The notes beneath the pieces are model-generated. The model was not told where the DNA came from. It did no database searches and saw nothing but the letters and a program-made list of their open reading frames with translations. Both the position numbers and the translations under genes were made by a program. 59,960 bases of DNA, taken from positions 1 through 59,960 of the IMG/VR virus record IMGVR_UViG_3300034374_009468; one strand, given 5' to 3'. Below are positions 38,001-50,000 of the stretch, one piece after another. Source of the stretch: a virus (Duplodnaviria > Caudoviricetes). How positions within the stretch are numbered: the stretch's first letter is position 1; each line of letters starts with the position of its first letter.

Positions 38001-41000
38001 ATAGGATTACTACCAAATACAAATACTGTATTAGGCTCTGGGGTTATATTTCCTTCATAGTATTGTTCTGTTACTCCTTCTTTAATAGGATATGTCTGAT
38101 TTGAATTTTGTTTTTGTGCTTTTCTTAATTTATTATCTTTTAAAATTGATGTTAATTCCTTTCTCCAATTAGGGCTGTCCATGTTAATAGTAGGAATACC
38201 CTTTCTTCTAGCCATTTCTACAGCTTGCCCTGTACCACCTTTTGGTCTTAACGGATTATCTGTTTCTTTTGCCCAAAAAATAACAAAATCAACAGGAGTA
38301 TCTAAATTATCACCAAATACTTGATTAGTATTGCGAGCCATTAGTTTTAATGCTCCAGGCTTTAAATTTTTAGGAGATGGGTGTATTTCTTTTGCTATAT
38401 CTTGTTCTTTTTCTCTATTACCTTGATTTTCAGGACTAAATAAATTTTTCTTTTTTGCACCTCTTGAAAATGCAGCATCTGCACCTTCTTCTTTACCTTT
38501 AAATGTGACCCCTGTATTTAAAGTATAACCCAATTCTTCAAGATATTTAGCCACTTTTGTCATTGTATCTTTTACTTTTGGATCTGTACTTCTACTACCT
38601 ATACCAGCATAAGTCATTGTAGGAGTTGAAGATCTACCAGGTAGACTATTAAATATAGGTTGATTTTTTTTCGGGGGTTCAGGTTTATATTTTGAATCTG
38701 CAAATAATTTTTCATATTCTGAAATATCTGTACCTGTTAAAAAAGCATCTGTTAATATGTTTGTTAATTCTTGTTTATCTAAGTCAGATAATTTAGAAAA
38801 TTGTTTTTTAATCCATTCTACAAAACTTTTCCACCAGCCCCAAGCTTCTCCTTCTTGTTTTACAGCTTGTTCACCAATAGATTGTACTAAAGCTTCTTCA
38901 CTTCCCCATTTCTTAATGGCTTCCTTAACTATTGCTGAATTTCTAAATTTAGCAATAAAGAAGTGTGCATATTCATGTGGTATAGTATCTATTCTTTGAT
39001 TTACTAAGTCAATAAGAATTTTACCTTTCATTGAATCTACATCTTCAATGATTGCTTGACCTATAATTCGACCTTCATTTTTCTGATTAAATGTTTGAGG
39101 AGCATTATCTTCTGCAAAAGAAAAATATCTAAAACCTTTATTTGTAAACTTATATTTATCTTCTAAAAAAGGTTCAAAATAAATCAGATCGGCAATATCT
39201 TTAGCTCTACCCATATTAATTTTAGCTTCAAATATTTGTTTCCAATCTTTATAATAATTATCAAATACTTCAGGATAATTTCCTTCATTAGTTCTTAAAA
39301 AGAAATCTAAAACGTATTGTTTATTTAAACCTGTTTCAGGATCTATTTCTGTAGGATGAGTAACATGACCTGTAATAGTTAAACTTTCTGCATTTTTGTG
39401 ATCTTTTCCTATAAATACAACATCTAAAACAAAATCAGGAAACATCTGTTTGACATTCTGATACCAAGTCATTCTTTCAAGTAGTGGTGTAACTTCCTTC
39501 ATAAATGTCTTGTTATCTCTTTTAGCAGATAATTCCATACCTCTTGTAGATAACCATGTATAAAAAGGAACTGCAGTTGGTTCTTGTCTAAAAGTTTCTA
39601 ATGAAATGACACCATCTAAATCATGAAGATCTTCGTTAACAGATCTATATAAAGTTCCATATCTTCTTATTACTTGAGAACCACTTAACTTATAATTTAT
39701 AAAAGGATTTTCGAATAATTTTTCTAATATAGCTTTAGCAAAAGGATCTTTATTAAGAGTTTCTTGATAAAATTTTTGTTCAAAAACCTCCCCTTTTTCA
39801 TTCACTATATTGCCATTTTTATCTTTTTTATAACTTCTTAAAAATTTAGTATAATCTTGTTTGTAAACATCATCTACAATATCAAGAACTAAATTTTTTA
39901 ATTCTTCAGAATTATATTCATTAACAGCTGATACACCTAATATATTTTGATTAATCCAGTTTAACAATTTATTAAAAGCTCTAACTAAAGGATTTTCTGC
40001 ATATTTATTTTTAAAACCTTTTGCTTCAAAATAATCTTTAGTTAAATCAGGGTTTATTCTTTTTTCACCTATATAATTATTCTCATGTCCAAACTCTAAC
40101 ATTTCTGCTATGAAATGTATAATGGCTTGTTTATGAGCAAATGGATTAAAACCTTCTTTAGAATATTCTATATTTTCACTTATTAATTCATCATCATTAT
40201 ATGTATGATATTTATCATATATTTTTTTATAACCTTCCCAATTGTTTATAGATTTCCAAAGCTCTACACCAATAACACTTTTTTTACCTAAAAAAGTATA
40301 TATTATATTTGCTGTTTGTAAAGTGAGTTCTTTATTAGTAATCTTACTGCTTAATGACAAATACTTTTGTAAAGTATCAAAAGCTGCTAAAGGAGTACCT
40401 GTTTTAAATTTTAAAGAATCTAATAAGTCATTATCATTTTCTACTACTTTTATATTTAATCCTTCTATGAAAGTAATTAATTTATCAGCTAGTTGTCTAT
40501 CAAATTTACTTCTTCTTGTATCAGAAAATAATTGATTATATACATTTTTACCAGCTTTAAAAAATTCAGGTTTTTCTAAAATATTTAGTTCAATATTAGG
40601 ATAAACTTTCTTTAAAATTTCTATGATTTTTTGATAAGTTTCATAGTTTTCATCTGTTATATTTGACTCTTGTAAATCAGTAACTATATCTTGTTCTTGT
40701 TTTGCATATTCATCTTTAGTCATATACACATACATAGGGTTTCCTTGTAAAAAATCAGCTATTGCTTTTGAATGTGTATAGCGAGTTATATTTCCAAACT
40801 TTATTTCATATACAGTAGAACCTGTTAATTTTTCTTTATTTTCTTCAGTTACTACACTATTTCCAAATAAGTTAACGTAGTATAAAAAAGTAGAAGGTTT
40901 TACTATAGCAACTCTTCCTAAACCTACTATTTTTGTTTCTAAAGGTTTCGTCTTACTTTTTTTATCTGCAGATGATATTATGACATCTCTTTCTTCTTTA

Positions 41001-44000
41001 GCTGTAGTATATTTTAATACTTTAGATGCTGTTTTATTATCATAGATTAATATTCTTTGATCACCTCTTATTAAATTAATAAGTTGTTTTTCAGATGTTT
41101 TTAGATTAGATTCTTTAGTTATAACATTCTTTTTCTCTTTGACAGGAGTAAGGATGTATCTATTTTTACCAAATACTTGAGCTCGTTTTTTTCCTTTATT
41201 ATAATTTTCAATATCTCTTTGATCTCTAGTATTAGGATTTACATTCTTTTTAATTCTTTCAAATTCAGATATAATATTATTTATAAAACCTTGAAGAGCT
41301 TTTTCAGTTAATACAGGCATCCCTTCTTTATTATATTCTACAGTTTTTATTACTGGTAAATATGTTAAATCACCTGTATTAGAAGCTTCTAAGACACGTA
41401 TTAAAACAGGAGCTAATGCTACTTCTTCTTTTTCATTATTTTCATTTTCTACAATTACTGTATTGGATAATTTACCAGTGTACTTGTTAAATAATCCTGG
41501 ATAAGAATTTATAATAACATTTAAAAATTCTCTTGGTGTCAAATCACCATAAGTTTTACCAACACCTCCTGATTCCTCAATACCGTCTTCTGTTTGACTT
41601 ATTCTACCTTGTTTAAATCCAGATACTCTTGTTATATGTAAACCTTTGTTTCTTGCTAATTCATAAAAAGCTTCGTTATTCAAAAGCCAATTTCTAGTAA
41701 GGAACTCATCTTTTTTTAATTCATTTAATTTATCTTCATTATTTAATAGCAACATGGTTTTTAAATGGAAAGAAGATTTTTGATGTGCATATACTAAATC
41801 ACCATTAGGATTTTTAAATACAGATGCTCCAATTGTTTCATCAAATTCAGCATTAGCCATTGATATTTTTTTAAGTATTCTACCACTTCCTAAATCTCCT
41901 GTGGAAAAAATACTTATATCATTATCAATAGCAGTCTTCATATATTGAATATTAGTACTTGTTAATGATTCTACATTTGTATAAGCTTCTAATAATGTTG
42001 CTTGTTTTTGTGTTTTTATTTCTATATTTTGTAAAATCATATAAGCTATATATTGAGAGCTTAATATGATTCCTGTATATTTCATTAAATCTTCTCGCAA
42101 TTCTTTTGCTATTTCTGCTAATTCTATATCAGATATTGATTCTATGCTATTACCAGATATATAAGCTTCAAAATCTTCTAAAAATTCTTTAGCTTTATCT
42201 TTTAAAAGAACACCATCAACATCTTTAACCTTATCATTATATTTTTTATATATGTTAATATACGCTTGACCCCAAGTGTCTATTTGAGCATTGGCATCGT
42301 CTCTTTGAGAAGCTGAGTAAATATATATTTCGCCATCATTATTTCTATGTATAAATAAGTAATCTACTCTAAAGTTTTCTAACCCACTTAATAAAGCATT
42401 TAAAAAGAAAGGATCTTTTGTTTTACTTGACCAATCACCATTAGTAATATCTTCTTCTGCTATTCCTAATCTGTTAAAAATTCTATTTACTACAGCTCTA
42501 GTGTGAGGATTATGTTCCCCAAACAATAAAAGTTTATTAAGTATTTCTGTAGGATTTGTAGTATTAGCAGTAGCTTTTAAAATACCATTATAAGCATAAG
42601 CAAAATCAACAGGAACTATTAATCTTTCACCTTCTTTTAACTCTTCATGATTAAACATATCACTTTCTTCTACTGTAGTAGTCATTATAAACTTTCTAAG
42701 CATTGATGATATAGAGTTCCATCCTCCATAATTACTAGCATCTTTATCCCAATCATTAACTGTTCTTAAACCCTCATCATCTTCTTGTTCTTCATATACA
42801 TAAATAGAATCATCTATTTTTACATCTACTAAACTTAAATATGTAGTAACAGCTTTTTTTATTTCATCATCAAAACGTACAAAAGCTGCATAGAAATCAT
42901 TTAAAATAAGCTTTAATTCAAAACTTAATTCTTTATTAAACGGTTTAGTAAAATCATATAACTCTTTATAATCTTTAATTACCTCATCTAATATTTCATT
43001 CCTTGTTTTTTCTTCAAAATCATCATCTCTATAATTTGCTTTACTTATTCTAAATGCTTCCTCTCTTTGCAAGTAAGTTGCTGCTATACTTCTAATCATA
43101 GCATTTGCAGCATCTGTATCCAATGTTTTATATAAATTTCTTTTAGCATCTATTACTTCATAAGGTATCATTATAGCATTGGCTTCTACTGTAATACCTT
43201 GTTCAGCTGCTAATGTAAATCTATTAATTACTGGAGTTGAGGATTTAAATTTACCAGAATCTATATTTTCATATAATCTTCTTAATTCATTTTTAGTAAA
43301 TCTTGAGAAAAAGGCTTTAATCCACTCAATTAATCTTGCAAAAAATGATTTGTTTGCAGGATCAGTTTTAGTAGATTTTGGAGATTGTTTAAATAATTCA
43401 AATTGATCTGCTAAATATTCTTCGTAATAAAGTTTAACTAAATCAGATCTAGATAGATCTTGATATTCTGAAGTTAAATTTTTAAAATCATTTAAAGCTT
43501 TTTCAAAACTTATACCTTCTTTTCTTAGTTTAGCTCTTACTTCTTTTGCAGCAAGTCTTAAATATTTATTTTGTTGTTCGTCTGTTAATAAAAGTCTAAA
43601 TACAGCGTGAAATGCTTCATGATATCTAAAAGGTGTTTCAGCTCCTGTATATAAAGTACCTTTTACTCTCATACCACCAGCTATATCTGATAGAGCTAAA
43701 GCAAAAGCTCCTACTCTTACACCACCAGATTTCATATTATTACCTAATACAGCTAAATCTTTAATATCAATATAATCAGGTAAATTTTTAGCTGCCCAAT
43801 CTAAAAATACATTTATATTTTCAACATCTATTTCATCAAGAACTACACCTTTTAAAATCTTATTACCTGTTATTTGAGACATTAAAACATTAAGATCCCT
43901 TTTTAAATTATTTAATTCTTCATCATTATCTACTATACTTCTGTCTCCTTTTAAAACAGCTTGTTCAAATAATTCTTCTTGTTTTTTTCTAATAATAGAT

Positions 44001-47000
44001 TCTAGTTCTGATATTCTGTCAGATAGCGTATCCTTATCTAAATATTCATTTACAGTTATTCCTGATTCTTTAATGGTTGGAGTTTCTTGTATATCCTCAT
44101 CTTTTTTTAATTCTTCAGTTTTATATTTATTTTCTATTAATTTAATTTGATTGTAAAATTCATTTTTAATGTCATTAATATTATTAGTTTGATTTTCTGT
44201 TGCATTTTCATCAAAAATATTCTCTATTCTTTGAACATAAGATTTTAATATTTCTTTTTCTTCTCTATATTGTTCAGATATTAAATCTACTTCTTTTGAT
44301 AATTTATCAACATATTCTTTACTAAAACCTGGAACATCCTCAAACTTTTCATAAAAAAATTGCTCTATGATTTTTCGCTTATTATCATAAAATGCTAATT
44401 CTATATCTGTTAATATAGCTCCTTCATTTAGTATATTTATTATTTCATTATTTATATTAATTATCTTTTCAGCAGAATTTCCTAATAACTCATCTAAATC
44501 TTCAACTTCTTCTTCAGATATTTTTTCATCAATTTTAACTTCAGGTTTTTCTTTTTCTATTAAATCTCTTTTCTTTTTTTCAGCTTCTACAATTAAAGGA
44601 ATATCTTTTGTAGCCTGAATATCTACATCATTTTGCGAAATGGTTATTTGATATTCTTTTCTTACCTCTCTTGAATGATTTGTTTCTGTATTATTTAATA
44701 TTTCTTCAACAGTTGCTTCATTTGAAATATTCTTTCTAATATCATCAACAGTAATATTTACATTTATACCTAGCTCTTTTAAACGTTTATTGACGTTGTT
44801 AAAATGTTCTTGAAACATGTCAAAATAAACATTATATTTATCTTCTCCATCTTTTATTTTTTCTTGAGCTTCTATTATTTCATTAAAACCTATTCTTTCA
44901 GCACTATTTTGATTGTATTTATTTTTTAATTGCTTTTCGTATTTTTTTGTTTTGTTGTCATATTTAAGAAATTGTATTTCTATTCTTCCTCTAGGATCTA
45001 ATTCTAAACTAATTATTGTATTTGGTTTAGATATAATGTAAATTTTACTATCAATTTGTTCATCATTAAATTTTACATTATAAGCTAGATTTCTTAAATC
45101 TTGCTTCTCTGCAGTTTTTTTTGTATCTTCTATTAAATTTTCATTTACCGTTTTTTCACTTTGTTTTATTAAAGCATCAACAAAAGAAACAAATTCATCT
45201 CTATCTAATTTACTAGGTTTTAATTCTACAAGAGTATACTCACCACCTTGATTTTTTACAACTAGTACATAAGCTCCTTTATTTCTGGCAGTTTTATATA
45301 ATTTTTCTCCTAATTCATCTTTTATTTCTCTATGTCTAGATGCTGGATTAACACCATTTTCAAATTTTATAGTACTTAAGGTTTTATCTCTTCTAGTAAA
45401 TACTCTTTCACCTTTTTCATTGACAGTAAATTGTTTTCTGTTATCATATATTACTATATTCTTACCATCAATAGTATTATAATATAATGCATTAGGGCTT
45501 ATACTTTCTCTTTCATTTTCTTTAAATCTGTTTGTCATGTTAAAATAAAAACCCGCATTTTCTAATTCTTCAGGTGTAATTATTAAAGGTCCTTCTGTTT
45601 TAGTTTCTTTAGTTGTATCTTCTAAAGCAGCTAATTCAGCATCATATTTAGCATTAATTTGTTTTTTAAGTGAACCTTCTCCGTAAAAAGATTTTGCGTC
45701 ATATATAACATAAAAAGGAGCTGCATTAGTATTGCTTATTATGTGGTTGATAACTTTAACACCTTTTACTTCAGGATTAGACTGTTGAAAATCATTAAAT
45801 AAATGAAACACATAAGGAGCATCTTTTGCTTGATCTGTGCCGTTATATTCTTCTTTTGCAGTTTTAGCAGTATATTTTCCAGAAGGATTTTGAGGAGTGT
45901 TAATTTTATAACCTAAAGAAATTAAATAATCATATAATTCTGCTTCTGTCATATTAGCATCTATTACTACAAAATCAGAATCGTTAATTTCACCCTCTAT
46001 AGGCTGACCATATCTATTAACAAAAAAGGAGTTTGTAACAGATGCTACGTTTAACCCATTTCCAAATTGACTTATTTGTTGCCCCTTTTCTTTTTGGAAA
46101 GACTCAAAATTAAAATCTTCAGGTTTTACTTTAGTGTGATGAAAAACAGGTTTTACTTTATCTAACTCTTCTTGTCTTCTTTTTTCTATATCAGCTTTTT
46201 GATTTCTTAAACTTGACAAAGATTTTTTAGATTCTACTAATCTTATTAAATTAGCTTGTATAGCAAAATTCTCTTTAATCTTTTCTAAATCTGCATTGTC
46301 TATTTCTTCATTATATTTATAAAATATATTTCTTGCTGTAAATAAATCAATATTTCTAGGATCTATTACATTACCTTCATTATCATAAATTATAAAATTC
46401 TTATTTGGTAAATAAGCTATTATACCTTCGCTAGAATCTGAAACATTTAAACCTGCTTTTTTTAAGTCTCTATCAATTTGATTTCTCAATTCTAGGTCAG
46501 ATATTCGTATACCAATACTATACTTATCGGAAACTCTGCTTAATTGTGAATTAGGCTCTTTATCTGTAAAGGTAAATTCTCTTTCTGTAACAGTTCCTGA
46601 TTTAGGATTATCTGAAACAACAAGTTCTAATCCTTTTCTTTGTTCAGGTGTTAGATTTGAAAATATATAATCTAATCTTTGAATAGCACTAGCTCTATCT
46701 TCACCTTCATTTTCATATGGAATGTATCTTATTGGATCATTTATTCGTATCCTAGATACCTTATCTGATTTAATTGTAGGAGTTAATTTATCAATTGAGT
46801 AATTTTTTTTAAACTCTTCTGGAGAATTAATTGTTATAATTGTACCATCTTCTGAGACAATTTCCAGAGTATTAGTCACTTTAATTTTTTCTGGTGTTGA
46901 TAATACTTGAAACTTTTCTTCTCCTGAAAAAATATACGCTCCTTGAAATAGGGTGACTCCGCCATATTGAAAATCAACAGGTAAATCATTACTGTGATAT

Positions 47001-50000
47001 TTATTTTCTAATTTTTCTACAGCTTTTTTAGCATCTTCTAAAGAACTAAAAATTGCTCCATTTTTATTAAATATTGTTGAATCACTTAATAATTGATCAC
47101 TTAACTCTAAACCTGTTTTTGTTATTATTTTGTAATTAGTAATATATCCTCCATTAACAAAAGTTTTTAAAATTCTAACTATATAATTATCACTTTTATG
47201 TTTAATCAGCACTTTTAAAACATCAGCTTCTTCATAACTTACTTCAGGAGTATCTAAATAAAGTAATATATTAGTATTGTTTTCTTTATTCTTATTTAAT
47301 ATATCAGGATCTTCTTTAGTAGTATCAAATGAAAGCCAATCTTTTAATCCTATATCTTTTATAAAATTATCTTGTATAACACTTTTATCAGTTTTGTTTT
47401 TAGATAAAGTTTCCTTCCATTTAGTTTTTAAAAATTTATAGGTATCTATTATGTTTAAAGCTAAATCTGTTTTTTGCCATTCACTTAAAGTTTGTGTATT
47501 TTGTTCTGCTTTAGAGGCAATATTCATACTTTCTTTATAAACTCTATATAAAGTTTCTTTTAAAACAGGATGGTAAGTATCACTTAATTTATCAAGTTGT
47601 ATATCAAAATCATAATCCAATATTTCATCATCACCTTCTTCTTTTTGTGTTACTTTTTTATTTCTAGTCGGAGGTTTTGCTGCATCATCAGTTTCTTCTT
47701 CTTGGTTAGCTTCTTCTTGGGTAGCTTCTTCGCTTATACCATTATATACATCTATTAAGTTTTGTATCTTTTTATATACAGGTCCAGAATCTTTAGTAAC
47801 CGTTCCATCTTTGTGATAAAAAGTTTTTAAAATTCTTGTATCATTAAAAAATAAAAATCCTTCTACTTCATTAGCATCTGGATATACACCTAAATCAGCT
47901 AATCCGTTTAATAGATTATTTTTTTCTATTGTTCCTATATATTTTTTTATTCTGGCTTCTACATTTTCTTTATTCTTTTCAAATAAAGATTTATAAATTG
48001 CAGTTTGTCTTTCTAATACTCTATCAAAGTTTTCAGGTACAGCTAAATATTGCAAAGCTCTATTATTTGCTTTTGCTCTTTCACTTAAAGCTCTATGGTC
48101 AGTTATCTTTTTTAATACTTCTTTAATTCTATTAACATCTACAAAATCTCCTCTTGTATCAGCTAAAAACTGTATGTATTCTTTTAAAGGTTCTAGTATT
48201 CTTTTGACTTTACGTTTATCAAAAGAACCATCTTGTTTAAGGTTATCTTTTAAATTTAATACTTCAGATACTTTTTTTAATTTTTCAATCTTTGTTTGTT
48301 TCTCTTGCTTTAATTTTTTACCTTCTTCTGAATCATCTAAATTTTCAATTTCTATTTTAAGTAAGTTTATTTCACTTTTAATACTATTTTCATCCAGTAA
48401 TACTGTTAAATCATTAGCTTGTATTTTTTTTAGAATTGGGTCTGATGCTAACTCATTATAAATTTTATCTGCTCTTTCTAAAGCTCTATTAAAACTATCT
48501 TGAGTAAACATCTGCAAATATCTAATATGTTCAAAAGATGCATATTTAGTTAATTCGTTTTTATACTCTTCTGTATTTTTATCATATTTATTAGGATCAT
48601 ATGGATTTACTAAAGCGTCTTTATTTTCATTATAAGCTTTTTCTGCTTTATCTATTAGATTAATTAAATCATTAGCTCTTTCTCTTAATTTACCTTGTTT
48701 AATTTCCTCTTTAAAAGTAGGGAAAGCCTCATTTAATTCTTCATCTGTAAGATTTAAAAAATCTTGCAACTCTGTTCTGAATAAATCTACGCTCCCACTT
48801 TCCATTAAACCATATATATGATGAAATTTTGCAAAGTCTTTAGCGTCTATAAACTTAAACATATCTCCATCATAAGAAGCTTCATTCATTTCACTATTAA
48901 CTTCATTTTGAATTAAGAAGTTATTTATATGTTTATCTAAATAGGCAACAGGATCATCTATGAACTCGTTATAATTTTTGTTTCTTTCTTCTACAATCTT
49001 TTTTACTTCCGCTTCTCTTCTTTCTTGGTATTCTTTATAAGCTTCTTTATCAAAAATTCTATTTTTTAAATCTGGTAAAACTTCAAATATTAATTTCTGA
49101 GGTCCTTTAGCTAAACCACCCATTAGAAATCCAGATAAAAATGTTTCTATACCTTGACCTGATGCTTGAGAACCTATAGCTTCATTTATACTAGCTTTGT
49201 ATAAGTCTGCACCACCTCCTAAAGGATTTTCTTGTAGCTTTGAAAAATAATACTTTGTACCATGAGATATAGCTTCTTGACCTAATTCTTGAACACCTTC
49301 TGCTAAATTTGCTGCAAAATATCTTAAAGAAGAATTAATAGTAGCATAACCAATACCTTTAGCACCAGCTGCTTTAAGTTTATTTATTCTACCTTTAACA
49401 CCTTTACCTGCATCGCTATATATATCTCTTAATAATTTACCATCAGGTCCTACTATATTGCTTTGTCTAATGGCTCTACCTGCAGTACCACTTATACTAT
49501 TATTTAAATTTCTAGTAAGTGTTTTATTAAAACCTTTAAATGCTGTATCTAATACTAATTTATTTGACATATAGATCAAACCAAAATTCATCATAGTTGT
49601 AGCAAAAGCTGCTTTGTTTGCATTTTCTCCAACTAAAGCTAAGTTTGGTTCTAAACCTTGTAATTTTTTTTGTTCTTCTATCGCTATACCATTAGCTATT
49701 TGTTGTTGTAGTACAAAACCAGATTCTAATTTAGATTCAGACATTGCATAGTTTATAGCTCTTACTTCTCTATAAAAACCACCAAACATTGTTGACATTT
49801 TTGCAATACCAGATAAACTTTTACCAGCTGTTTTAGCTGTTTGTAATTTTTTTACGGCAGCCATTGTTTCTGGTAAAAACAAAGTGCCTAATACACCCCA
49901 TTCACCACTCTTAGTAGCTTGCCAAAAGGTTCTTGCATTATCAGTTTTATTAAGTGTTTGTGATAATTGTCTAGTTGCTTTAGCCATTCTACCTAATACA

